Part shown: positions 19,533 through 28,724 of the stretch, in pieces
Layout of the letters: each line of letters starts with the position of its first letter
Numbering within the stretch: the stretch's first letter is position 1
Assembly: GCA_947564465.1 (NCBI GenBank)
Contig: CANOCV010000010.1
Coordinates: 6,027-70,026, forward strand
Direction: 5' to 3'
Source: an uncultured Roseburia sp.
GTDB lineage: Bacteria > Bacillota > Clostridia > Lachnospirales > Lachnospiraceae
Length of the DNA: 64,000 nt
Position numbers and translations under genes: made by a program
The notes under the pieces: generated by a model
What the model saw: the letters and a program-made list of their open reading frames with translations, nothing else
The model's database searches: none
What the model was told of the DNA's origin: nothing

Positions 19533-20816
19533 TTAATAATATGTATACTTAACAGTAATGCGGAATGATCTTGAATAGAAACTCGAATTCGGACGCGTTC
19601 CACTAAACGTTCCCAGCTTTTTCACCTTCCTGTTAGGAACCACTCTGATATAATAATTCGTATAATTTTTGAGTTTTTTCTTAATGGTAAGCGATGTCTT
19701 CTTTGTTGTTCCGACCTTCTTATATCCGCTGCTGCTCTTCGTTGACAGATATACGGTATAACCCGTTGCACCGGTAACCTTTTTCCATGATACCTTTACT
19801 TTGTCATTCACCAGCTTCGTCTTTACATCCTTATAATTGCACTGGCTGAAATAAATCTCATTGGACCATGCTCCGTATTTTGCCCCGCCGTTTGACTTAA
19901 GAATGTACGCACGTACACGAATCTTATAAAACTGACGCGCTTTAATTTTGGAATTCTTTACCGTAAATTCATTGTAAGCAGATGTTCCTGTTACAATCGG
20001 TTTCTTTCCGTTATACTTATATACTTCATACTGATAGCCATCTGCAGAAGCAGAAGCATTTACCGAAAAGTCAGCCTCTCCTATTGTCGTCCGCGGATCT
20101 ACATATGTACATTTTAATTTTGTTGTCTTTGTCGGAAGCGTAGGCAAAGCGCTGAATCCTCTGGCCGACGCAACAGCCTCAAGATAACTTCCGTCCAATC
20201 TCTGTGAAGCTATATATACTGCATAATTCGTATTAGCACTCAGTCCCGTCAAAGATACGGACGTTGTCTTTACCGTTGTTACCTTTGCCAGCTTCGGATC
20301 GGAGCCGTATGGATAATACATTACCTGATACTGTGTTGCTCCCGCAACGGCATCCCAGGAAACCGTAATAGATGTCTCTGTTGCATCCGTAAACGCCGCC
20401 TTTGAAACAGGATCCGGTACAGTTACCATTTTCACTGCCTGAGCCCATTCTATATCCTCATTTTCATCCATAGCGCCAACCTGCACATAATAGGTCTTTC
20501 CCGACTTCAGTCCCGGAATGCTTCCCCCGGTCTTCGCAGTGCCGTATTCCTCTACGCCGGTTGCAAAATTCGGATCCTCACTGATTACAATCGGATAATA
20601 CACAGCATTAGATACTTCGTTCCATTTCATGCTGATATAGGATGTCCCATAATACGTTCCCGACTCCGTAATCGTTCCCGCGTCTGTCTGCGCCACTCCT
20701 GTCGGAGCCGTTACGTTTGCAGCGCTGACATTCATATTCCATGCAAAAGCCAGACCCAAAGTCAAAAACAGCGCAGCAAACAAATGTGTTGCTTTTTCTC
20801 TTAAAAAGCTCTTCAT
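19533..20816 (-). CDS. secreted protein with multiple fibronectin type III-like domains
   Basis: Signal peptide (LGLAFAWNMNVSA). Repeated W..V.GA..Y.V motifs typical of FN3 modules (VSWDAVAGATQYQVMYY, VSWKKVTGATGYTVYL). Confidence 0.7.
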   Translation of the reverse strand: MKSFLREKATHLFAALFLTLGLAFAWNMNVSAANVTAPTGVAQTDAGTITESGTYYGTSYISMKWNEVSNAVYYPIVISEDPNFATGVEEYGTAKTGGSIPGLKSGKTYYVQVGAMDENEDIEWAQAVKMVTVPDPVSKAAFTDATETSITVSWDAVAGATQYQVMYYPYGSDPKLAKVTTVKTTSVSLTGLSANTNYAVYIASQRLDGSYLEAVASARGFSALPTLPTKTTKLKCTYVDPRTTIGEADFSVNASASADGYQYEVYKYNGKKPIVTGTSAYNEFTVKNSKIKARQFYKIRVRAYILKSNGGAKYGAWSNEIYFSQCNYKDVKTKLVNDKVKVSWKKVTGATGYTVYLSTKSSSGYKKVGTTKKTSLTIKKKLKNYTNYYIRVVPNRKVKKLGTFSGTRPNSSFYSRSFRITVKYTYY

Positions 20817-20912
20817 TTTTGAATCTCCCTTCTCTTTTTACTTTTGAATACAAATATCACAGGATATGTGATACATGAGATAATTATACTTTTATTTATT
20901 TCAAAGTGCAAT

Positions 20913-20967
20913 AAAAAAACAGATAAAATTTTTACCATTTTATAAAAAATTTCATCTGTTTTTTTGA
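20913..20967 (-). terminator. intrinsic terminator after pheT (A/T runs on both sides)
   Basis: Imperfect long hairpin ACAGATAAAATTTTTA...AAAAATTTCATCTGT flanked by A7 and T7. Confidence 0.65.
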
Positions 20968-20992
20968 CTTATTTAACAATCTTTATTTTTTA

Positions 20993-23413
20993 TTAAGATC
21001 TTAACTCGATTCCCATCTCCTCCAGCGCCTTTAAACTCTTATTCATCGCCTGCGTAATATCCGCTTCCTCCAGGTTGCGGTCTTTCGCACGAAAGCTTAA
21101 GGAATACGCCATTGATTTGTAGCCAGCCTTAATCTGAACTCCCTCATAAATATCAAACAGTTCATAGCTCTCCAGATTTTTACCGCCCTTCGTATCAAAT
21201 ATTCGTTCAATGTCACCTGCCAAAATCTCTTTCGGAACCACCATACTGATATCTCTGGTCGCCGCCGGGAACTTCGCAACTCCTTCATACTTCCGGTCGA
21301 AGGTTGCAAACTCCATGATATATGCCATATCAATAACCGCAATATATACGCGATCCTTAATGTTATAATTTGCAGCTACCGCAGGATGAATTTCGCCAAG
21401 ATATCCTACTGTCTTGTTTTTATAAACAATATTTGCCTTGCGCCCCGGATGCAGAAAACAAAGCTCCGTATTCGGATCATAAAGAATCTTTTCATCCATG
21501 CCTGCCTTGTAGAAGAATTCCTCCACAACGCCCTTCATGGTATAGAAATCTCCTTCCCCATACATACCAAGCGTAAACTGCATACGCTCTTGGGGCAGCT
21601 CTGTAAGCGGAAGCTGTTTCGGAAGGTAGATATTCCCCAGCTCATAAAGACGTACATCCTTATTTCTTCTGTTATAATTTGTGGAAAGAGAGGTCAGTAT
21701 TCCATGTAACGGCGTTGTACGCATAATACTGAAATCCTCTCCGAGCGGATTCGAAATCACTACGGCCTTTCTAAGCTCACTGTCTTTTGGAACCATCAAT
21801 TTATCAAACACCTTCGGGCTTTCAAAAGAATATGTCATCGCCTGCGAAAAGCCGCAGAACTCCGCAATATCCCTTGCAACCTGTTCCACACGCAGCTTAA
21901 AGCTTAACATGCCGGTTGTCGCTTCACCGCTAGGGAGTGTTGTCGGAATATTATCATACCCAAAGAATCGCGCTACCTCCTCCGCAAGATCCGCGTCACA
22001 GAGCAGATCCTGCCTCCACGAAGGAATCAAAACCTCATTCTTTTCTTCATCGTATCTAAGCTCAAGCCTTCCGAAATATGCAAGCATCTCTTCCGGAGCT
22101 ATATGCGTTCCAAGCAAACGATTATACTTATCAGGCTCGAACGGAATTCGTCTGCCCTCTCTCTTCTCTTCGTAAACGTCAATTGCTCCGCCTACCACTT
22201 CTCCGGCGCCCAGCTCCTCAATTAACTGGCAGGCACGGTTCATGGCGAGCATGGCAAGGTTCGGATCCAGTCCCTTTTCAAATTTCGCGGAAGCGTCAGT
22301 GCGAAGCCCCACCTTTTTACTGGAAATACGAATATTGGTTCCGTCAAAACAAGCCGCCTCAAACAGCATTGTCTTTACATCGTCCGTAATCATGGAATTT
22401 TCACCGCCCATGATTCCGGCCATACCTACCGCCTTTTCCCCATCGCAGATCATCAGAACAGAGTCGTCTAAAGTCCTCTCCTGTCCATCCAGGGTCACAA
22501 ATTTTTCACCGCTTCTCGCACGTCGGACAACAATTTCATGCCCCGCAATCGTATCCCAGTCATATGCATGCATCGGCTGTCCGTATTCCTCCATTACATA
22601 ATTTGTAATATCCACAAGATTATTAATCGGACGGATCCCCTGCGCGCGCAGTCTGCGCTGCATCCATTCCGGCGACGGAGCGATTTTGATATTCTTTACA
22701 ACTCTGGCCGTATAACGAGGACAGAGTTCTTTGTCCTCAACAGTTACCTTAATAAAATCATGAACACTTTCATAATTTCCGGTCTCCGTCACAACGGGCG
22801 GTTTAAATTCCTGCCGAAACGTTGCGGCAGCTTCTCTGGCAATTCCAAGGATAGAAAAGCAATCTACGCGGTTGTTGGTAATCTCGTACTCCACGACGGT
22901 GTCGTGCAGGCCAAGAGCCTCAATCGCGCTTCCGCCTACCCTTGCATCCTCCCCGAAAATGTAAATTCCGTCTTCCGGCGCTTCCGGAAACATATCGCAG
23001 GTAGAGCCAAGCTCCTCGATGGAACACATCATGCCGTTTGACTCAATCCCCCTCAATTTTCCTTTCTTAATCTTCACACCGCCCGGCGTCAGCTTGCCGT
23101 CATGGCCGCCTGCCACCCGGCCGCCGTCCAATACCACCGGAACCTTATCACCCACGCTTACGTTCTTCGCGCCTGTCACAATCTGGGTCGTCTCTTCATT
23201 CCCGATATCCACCTGACAAACAATTAACTTGTCTGCATCCGGATGCTTTTCTATTGTCTTTATCTGACCGATGACGATTCTCTCCAAATCCTCATCCATA
23301 TTTTTATATCCCTCAACCTTGGACCCTGACAATATCATGGCATCCGCATACTCCTGCGGCGCCACATCAAGTCCCGGCACAAGATCCTTTATCCAATTTA
23401 ATGATGTATTCAT
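20993..23413 (-). CDS. pheT: phenylalanine--tRNA ligase beta subunit
   Basis: MNTSLNWIKDLVPG start (GGAAGGGA RBS; the upstream 17 codons of the ORF are discarded). tRNA-binding, B3/4, B5 and FDX-ACB regions recognisable. Confidence 0.95.
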   Translation of the reverse strand: MNTSLNWIKDLVPGLDVAPQEYADAMILSGSKVEGYKNMDEDLERIVIGQIKTIEKHPDADKLIVCQVDIGNEETTQIVTGAKNVSVGDKVPVVLDGGRVAGGHDGKLTPGGVKIKKGKLRGIESNGMMCSIEELGSTCDMFPEAPEDGIYIFGEDARVGGSAIEALGLHDTVVEYEITNNRVDCFSILGIAREAAATFRQEFKPPVVTETGNYESVHDFIKVTVEDKELCPRYTARVVKNIKIAPSPEWMQRRLRAQGIRPINNLVDITNYVMEEYGQPMHAYDWDTIAGHEIVVRRARSGEKFVTLDGQERTLDDSVLMICDGEKAVGMAGIMGGENSMITDDVKTMLFEAACFDGTNIRISSKKVGLRTDASAKFEKGLDPNLAMLAMNRACQLIEELGAGEVVGGAIDVYEEKREGRRIPFEPDKYNRLLGTHIAPEEMLAYFGRLELRYDEEKNEVLIPSWRQDLLCDADLAEEVARFFGYDNIPTTLPSGEATTGMLSFKLRVEQVARDIAEFCGFSQAMTYSFESPKVFDKLMVPKDSELRKAVVISNPLGEDFSIMRTTPLHGILTSLSTNYNRRNKDVRLYELGNIYLPKQLPLTELPQERMQFTLGMYGEGDFYTMKGVVEEFFYKAGMDEKILYDPNTELCFLHPGRKANIVYKNKTVGYLGEIHPAVAANYNIKDRVYIAVIDMAYIMEFATFDRKYEGVAKFPAATRDISMVVPKEILAGDIERIFDTKGGKNLESYELFDIYEGVQIKAGYKSMAYSLSFRAKDRNLEEADITQAMNKSLKALEEMGIELRS

Positions 23414-23473
23414 AGTCCCTTCCTTTCTGTCACCTCCAGGGTGATGAGTTATATACAAAAACAAGCATTTTCG

Positions 23474-24493
23474 TTAAAACTGTCCCAAGAATCTGCTGTC
23501 ATTCTCGTAGAGAAGACGCATATCGTCGATTTCGTATTTTAAAAGCGTAATCCTCTCTAAGCCCACGCCAAATGCAAAACCGGAATACTCCTCCGGGTCA
23601 ATGCCGCTCATACGCAGCACATTCGGGTGAACCATTCCACAGCCCAAAATCTCGATCCATCCCTCTCCCTTACAGAACCGACAGCCCTTCCCTTTGCATT
23701 TAAAGCAGGAAACATCCACCTCCGCACTCGGCTCCGTAAACGGAAAATGATGCGGCCGGAACTTCACCTTTGTATCCGGTCCAAATAATCTTGACGCAAA
23801 TTCCTGCAAGGTTCCTTTCAAATCGGCAAACGTAATGTTCTTGTCAATCACCATTCCCTCTATCTGATGAAACGACGGAGAGTGCGTCGCATCCACCTCA
23901 TCCGCACGGAAAACCCTGCCCGGAGCTATCATACGGATCGGCAGCCTTCCCTCTTCCATTACACGCACCTGTACCGGGGAAGTCTGGGTGCGCAGCAAAA
24001 TTTTGTCATTGATATAGAAGGTATCCTGCTCGTCCTTAGCCGGGTGGTTCGCCGGTATATTCAGCGCCTCAAAATTGTAATAGTCATACTCTACTTCCGG
24101 TCCCTCGACCACCTCATATCCCATTCCGGTAAAGATCCTCTCTACCTCCTCAAGCACAATGGTATTCGGATGACGGTGCCCGACTTTATTCTTTTTCGCC
24201 GGAAGCGTCACATCAATCACTTCACTTTTCAGCCTGGCCTCAAGCTCAGCCGCTTCAAGCTTTTGTTTTGTCTCTTCAATCTTTTTCTCAATTGCTTCCC
24301 TCGTATCATTTACAAGCTGCCCAAACGCCGGACGCTCCTCCGGAAGCACATCCTTCATTCCTTTTAGGATTGCCGTCAACTCTCCCTTTTTTCCAAGAAA
24401 AGCAACTCTGACATCATTTAATTTTGTCAGCTCGTCAGAACTCTCAATCTGACGGACCGCTTCTTCTCTCAACTTCTGCAGTTTCTCTCTCAT
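23474..24493 (-). CDS. pheS: phenylalanine--tRNA ligase alpha subunit
   Basis: [12 protein letters not shown] start with GGAAAGGAG RBS. Class II motifs ([30 protein letters not shown]). Confidence 0.95.
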   Translation of the reverse strand: MREKLQKLREEAVRQIESSDELTKLNDVRVAFLGKKGELTAILKGMKDVLPEERPAFGQLVNDTREAIEKKIEETKQKLEAAELEARLKSEVIDVTLPAKKNKVGHRHPNTIVLEEVERIFTGMGYEVVEGPEVEYDYYNFEALNIPANHPAKDEQDTFYINDKILLRTQTSPVQVRVMEEGRLPIRMIAPGRVFRADEVDATHSPSFHQIEGMVIDKNITFADLKGTLQEFASRLFGPDTKVKFRPHHFPFTEPSAEVDVSCFKCKGKGCRFCKGEGWIEILGCGMVHPNVLRMSGIDPEEYSGFAFGVGLERITLLKYEIDDMRLLYENDSRFLGQF

Positions 24494-24568
24494 ACTAAAT
24501 CTCCTTTCCAATCATAGAAAAGTCATAGGCTTTCACACTTCACAGTGGCAAAACCTTTCCTATGATAT

Positions 24569-24822
24569 AAAAAAGCTCCGTCCCCAATTAAAAGGGACGA
24601 AGCAAAATCTCCGCGATACCACCCTGATTCCCGAAAACAGTCTCGGACTCTCATTATCATGCGTAACGTGCATAAAACGTCACAGGCTACTTTATTCACC
24701 CATGCTGCTCCGGTGCGAAATTCAACTCTTACCTTACTTCAGGAAAGCTCTCAGCCGCCTACTCTCCCTCTCTGTGAAATGTATAAGAATCTACTGAACA
24801 CTTTCAACGCATTTCTCTGCTG
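24569..24822 (-). promoter_or_regulatory. T-box riboswitch leader (Phe specifier) with its promoter, controlling pheST
   Basis: Minus strand, in order: promoter TTGATG-N17-TGgTATGAT (24829-24857); stem I AGAGAGGGAGAGTA; candidate specifier UUC within GAATTTCGCA (about 24717-24719); T-box GGGTGGTATCGCG (24612-24624); terminator CGTCCC-TTTTAATT-GGGGACG plus GAGCTTTTTT (24569-24603). Confidence 0.88.
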
Positions 24823-24866
24823 GCAATTATCATACCACAGTACTTTTTAAACATCAACCTTTTTCT

Positions 24867-25718
24867 TTATTTTTTTAATTTTTCTATTTTCCGTTTCCTG
24901 TTCCAGCTTTCTATTTTTCCCTCAAACACTACATTAATTTCCGCGCAAAGCATCATAATATACATACAAAAATAAAGCCAGAGCATAATCAGTACGATTG
25001 TAGTGAGGCTTCCGTACATTGAAAATCCGTTAAAGTAATTCACATAGACCGACAGTCCAAACGAAAATGCGTACCACGCAAACGTACAGAGGATGGCGCC
25101 CGGAAGCTGGGAACGCAGCGACGCCTTCCGGTTCGGCAGCGTTTTAAAAACGACTGCAAAAAACAAGCTTAAAATTCCTATCATAATCAGGCTTCGAAGC
25201 CTGATAACAATATCCGCCACATGCTGCACAATGGGGATATAATTTATAATCAGCTCCTGCAGCGATTTTCCGAAGACAAGAAGCACTAATGTAATGACAA
25301 TCGCCAAAATAAATATCACAGTGTAAATAATCGCCCAAAAACGCAGAACAAACCAGTTGCGCGTCTCTTTGATATCATTTACTACATTTAACCCGTTCGC
25401 CATATACTGAACTCCCTTTGCCGCGGACCAGACTGCAAGAATTGCCGCAACGGAAATAATCCCAAAGGACTTGTTGTATACTTCATTAATAATTGAAACG
25501 CAAAACGGCGCAATATAATCCGGCATCGTATGTTTTATAAGAGACATAATGACGCTTTCCGTCACCGGCGTATACTGCAGCAGGGAGCTAAACATCATCA
25601 GAAAGGGAATTGCAGAGAGTATGATAAAAAATGCAGACTGCGCCGCAAATGCATTAATGTTATCATCTTTACACTTTTTTATAAAAACCTTTATATTCCC
25701 GGCTATTTTCCAAATCAT
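24867..25718 (-). CDS. YihY/BrkB-family membrane protein
   Basis: MIWKIAGNIKVFIKKCKDDNINAFAAQSAFF... typical YihY N-terminus and 6 TM segments. Start at the internal ATG with AAAGGAG RBS (the ORF extension overlaps the upstream gene). Confidence 0.85.
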   Translation of the reverse strand: MIWKIAGNIKVFIKKCKDDNINAFAAQSAFFIILSAIPFLMMFSSLLQYTPVTESVIMSLIKHTMPDYIAPFCVSIINEVYNKSFGIISVAAILAVWSAAKGVQYMANGLNVVNDIKETRNWFVLRFWAIIYTVIFILAIVITLVLLVFGKSLQELIINYIPIVQHVADIVIRLRSLIMIGILSLFFAVVFKTLPNRKASLRSQLPGAILCTFAWYAFSFGLSVYVNYFNGFSMYGSLTTIVLIMLWLYFCMYIMMLCAEINVVFEGKIESWNRKRKIEKLKK

Positions 25719-25746
25719 ATGATCTTCTCCTTTAACTTCATGGATC

Positions 25747-28005
25747 TTATTTCTGGTTTGCGCTATATACATCAAGAAGCTCGGTCTGCACATAGAATTT
25801 ACCAAGAATTTCCTCGCAGGAATATCCCTTTTCCGCCATCCCCTTTGCCCCGTTCTGGCTCATTCCGATTCCATGCCCGTATCCGCCTCCATACAACACA
25901 TATTTTCCCTCTTCCCCCGCTTCCAATGTGAAATAGGAGCTTGGAAGCACAGAAATTTCACTTCCCTCACTGCCGTCAAGCCAGACAATTCGTTTCACCG
26001 CCGGTCCCAAAACAATCCGCATACTGTATTCATCCATAATCTCCACGCTTCCTCTTTTAAAGGTAAGCGTCAGTTTTTTCACGCCTCCGCAGCTGTTTCT
26101 TTCGCCAATCGCAATAGAAGAAAGATTCCCAATCGAAGCCGTGCTTTTTGCATCGCCATTCTTCTTCTTTTTGCCGGAAGAAACGGTAATCTTTATGCTC
26201 CCCGGCTGTGCACTTTTTCTTGCATTTATTTTTTCTTTTACCACATCAGACAAGTCTGTCAGATCAAGCTCCGCCCTCCAACGGAAAAACTTTGCAAAGC
26301 TGTCGTAACAGTTTTCATCGGTATTCTTTATGTATTCGGAAAATACGGATTCATCGGACAAATCAAGGTCTGCCTCCTCATCTTTCAGCCAGGTTCCCGT
26401 CAAATAATCGTATTCCCCGTTGTTTTCAAGATTCCAGGACTCATAGCTTCCCGAATGCCCAAACGACGTCGAATAATAGTACGCCTCCAGCACCTCTCCC
26501 TCTTTTGACAGAACAAGCCCGCAGGTATCGTCCACTGCCTTTGTCGTATTCTCATCCCTCTCCTGCTTGTTATACACCTGAAAATTCACACTGTCATCCA
26601 TATGCGCTCCGTATTTTGCATAGGCCCCTTTCATCATTTGGATGCTCGCGTAGCTTCTCGCGCAGACCGCCTGCGCCTTCAACGCCTCCTGCGGATAATT
26701 AGACGGCATTTCGCTTGGCACGACACCATAGAGATACTGTTCCAGCGAAAGCACGCTTACCACCGCATATCCCTCATCATATTTACGGATTTCTAAGCTC
26801 CCTGCATAAGGCAGCGAGACACTCTCTCCGTTCTCCGTGCACAAATACAGTGTCCCGTTCTCATCCACCGGCTCAATTTTCATACTTTTCTCCGGTTTTT
26901 CCTCCAAAAACTCCGAAGCTTTTAACACAGTCTGCGCCGCGAAAGACTGTTCTTTCTTCTGGCAGGTCACTTTATAATCTCCCTGAGAGCTTACACATAC
27001 ATCGTCCCTTGTAATTCCCTGATTATCATTTAATAGAAGTACGCGCACATTTTTTATCTCGGGAGGCTCCCTGAGCAAAATCGCACTGACACATTTATCC
27101 GCCACAATATAGGAAATATTCATATTTCCGATTACGATATCAGATAAATCCTTCTGCATACAATCTCCGTATATCTGATACACCGGCAGTTTCATAGCCC
27201 GTTCAATCCTTCCGTAGCCGTCAATCTCGATCTGTTCGTCATCCAGTGTCAGAAGTCTTCCCTCAATCATATCCTCCTTTTTCTCAATTCTTGTGATTTC
27301 TCCCTCTTCAAACCAGACATCGCACACGGTATCTTTTATTTCCCCTTCCGCCTCCAGGGGAACTTCATAGGCTTCATGCTCAAACAGGAAGTTTAACGTA
27401 TCTGACATAGAAGTAACATAAACATTCTCTACCGAAAGCTCACCCTCAAGCTTTGCGGCAATTCCAAGAAGCTTATCCTCCATAATATAAGCCTCATAGC
27501 TCTGATAAACCTTTAGCCCCTCGCCGGCGTACGAGAAGGTTCCCGCCTGTGTATAGAGCAAATCCTCCTGCCCCCTTAATACCAGCAGCTTTTGCTTTTC
27601 TACCCTGCCGCCAAAATCTAAAAGCTCCGCAATCTGCTCATATACCTCGTTCCATATATCGCGTTTCACCTGCTTGTTGGGCTTCTCGGCCTCATATGTA
27701 ACATATTCCTCTATATCCAAAAGCTCTAAGAGCTTTTCTAATTTCTGATAGGTCAGTCTCCCCGTAAATTCTGCTCCAAGCCGCTCCTGCCATTCCTCCT
27801 TATCATAATAGGCAAACTGCAGAAACTGTGGTATTTCTTCCGCGTTCACATATGACATAGAAAATTCATCCGCACTTCCCCTCTTGTCTGTGAGACAGAG
27901 TGTCACCGCCGACAGAACCGTAATTGCCGCCAAAAAAATAAACAATTTCTTTATATTACGCTGTTTTCTTCTTTTTCGCCTTACCAGATTCCTTCTTTTA
28001 TCCAT
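25747..28005 (-). CDS. large SpoIID/LytB-domain protein (amidase-enhancer family) with long N-terminal extension
   Basis: N-terminal TM anchor. C-terminal SpoIID features EMPSNYPQEALKAQAVCARSYA, YYSTSFGHSG, GHGIGMSQNGAKGMA. Confidence 0.85.
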   Translation of the reverse strand: MDKRRNLVRRKRRKQRNIKKLFIFLAAITVLSAVTLCLTDKRGSADEFSMSYVNAEEIPQFLQFAYYDKEEWQERLGAEFTGRLTYQKLEKLLELLDIEEYVTYEAEKPNKQVKRDIWNEVYEQIAELLDFGGRVEKQKLLVLRGQEDLLYTQAGTFSYAGEGLKVYQSYEAYIMEDKLLGIAAKLEGELSVENVYVTSMSDTLNFLFEHEAYEVPLEAEGEIKDTVCDVWFEEGEITRIEKKEDMIEGRLLTLDDEQIEIDGYGRIERAMKLPVYQIYGDCMQKDLSDIVIGNMNISYIVADKCVSAILLREPPEIKNVRVLLLNDNQGITRDDVCVSSQGDYKVTCQKKEQSFAAQTVLKASEFLEEKPEKSMKIEPVDENGTLYLCTENGESVSLPYAGSLEIRKYDEGYAVVSVLSLEQYLYGVVPSEMPSNYPQEALKAQAVCARSYASIQMMKGAYAKYGAHMDDSVNFQVYNKQERDENTTKAVDDTCGLVLSKEGEVLEAYYYSTSFGHSGSYESWNLENNGEYDYLTGTWLKDEEADLDLSDESVFSEYIKNTDENCYDSFAKFFRWRAELDLTDLSDVVKEKINARKSAQPGSIKITVSSGKKKKNGDAKSTASIGNLSSIAIGERNSCGGVKKLTLTFKRGSVEIMDEYSMRIVLGPAVKRIVWLDGSEGSEISVLPSSYFTLEAGEEGKYVLYGGGYGHGIGMSQNGAKGMAEKGYSCEEILGKFYVQTELLDVYSANQK

Positions 28006-28051
28006 TCGTCTGTCTCCTGCTGTCTTAGTATTGGTTATTCACAAATTCCTA

Positions 28052-28090
28052 TGATATAAAAGAAGCCGCTTATAAAAGCAGCTTCTTTCA
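28052..28090 (-). terminator. intrinsic-terminator-like hairpin 45 nt upstream of the SpoIID-like start codon
   Basis: Minus strand reads GAAGCTGC-TTTTATAA-GCGGCTTC (8 bp including one G-U) followed by TTTTATATCAT. Confidence 0.6.
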
Positions 28091-28099
28091 TCTTTGGTA

Positions 28100-28335
28100 T
28101 TGTATCGCTTATCTTAGGCAAATTCATTTATTTCTTTCGTACATTTTAAAATTCTAATCTTTCGTCTAAATAAATCTTAACCTTGGTACACTTATCTTAT
28201 GCTTGTCTTTCGAATCTTATGCCTTTCTTTGGTATCCTGCGTATGCTTACATCTTACTGTCTTTTGTCATTTGTATAATATCTTTTGTATTGTAATTCTT
28301 CTCTCTTTTGTATACAAATATAGTTCTTTTGTAAA
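28100..28335. repeat. degenerate periodic repeats with a 20-23 bp period (plus strand ATCTTATGC..TCTTTCG / TCTTTTGTA)
   Basis: CTTTTGT starts at 28261, 28282, 28305 and 28326. ATCTTAT/ATCCTGC/ATCTTAC start at 28194, 28214, 28234 and 28251. Similar units occur at 28105-28140. Confidence 0.7.
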
Positions 28336-28602
28336 TCCCAAAATGCCGTTTCCTGCAATTTTGACTCCTAGCAAAGCTAGGTGGGTAACCGCAACCAACA
28401 TTCTGCCTTCCGCTGCAAACGACGGCCTGACATCCTGCTGACAATGTAGGAATCCCATGAACGTAAATGTAGGTTCAAAATAGCAGGGTATCGAACACCC
28501 CAGGTAATTTACTAATTAGATTATACTCTATTATTCCACATATTTCAACGTAAAATTCACGTTACTATTTTATAATTTTTGCCGAGTTGGGCATTTTTTT
28601 CC

Positions 28603-28641
28603 ACTCACGTAACCTGCCATCGGCAGCTTCCTCCAGATGCA
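28603..28641. repeat. family B conserved element, copy 1 (small hairpin plus CTTCCTCCAGAT)
   Basis: ACTCACGTAACCTGCCATCGGCAGCTTCCTCCAGATGCA is about 85 percent identical to 35085-35128. Confidence 0.8.
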
Positions 28642-28651
28642 CGGCAACAAT

Positions 28652-28692
28652 AAAACAGCGCAAAACCTTATCAAAGCCTTACGCTGTTTTAT
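28652..28692 (-). terminator. intrinsic terminator of pckA (U/A runs on both sides)
   Basis: AACAGCG...CGCTGTT stem with T runs: TTTTATTG on the minus side and TTTTATATATTTT on the plus side. Confidence 0.75.
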
Positions 28693-28724
28693 ATATTTTA
28701 ATCTGTTATTCCGCTTTGTTACCC

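Noticed and set aside
23414-23464. Upstream ORF extensions. Examples: pheT 23414-23464, pheS 24494-24511, yihY 25719-25805, pckA 30438-30503, deoC 31608-31628, aminotransferase 60387-60581, AP2 gene 42117-42170.
   Set aside because: In each case an internal ATG preceded by a good AGGAGG-type RBS matches the conserved N-terminus. The extensions overlap upstream genes or leaders, or begin at non-ATG codons.
28395-28470. Possible SRP (4.5S/scRNA) domain IV on the minus strand: GTCAGGCCG...GCGGAAGGCAGAATG resembles GUCAGGUCCGGAAGGAAGCAGC...AAGGCAGAUG.
   Set aside because: The nearly universal GNRA tetraloop and the AGCA symmetric-loop strand are absent. The apical part would need a 10-nt insert, and no Alu-domain features flank it. 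I treated it as an unassigned structure instead.
28340-28520. c-di-AMP (ydaO) or c-di-GMP riboswitch upstream of a cell-wall gene.
   Set aside because: I could not find the conserved cores I remember (GGGGACCCA / CCGACAGCTAACC for ydaO; ACGCAAAGC plus a GAAA tetraloop for GEMM-I) on either strand. It remains open only to a proper cmscan.
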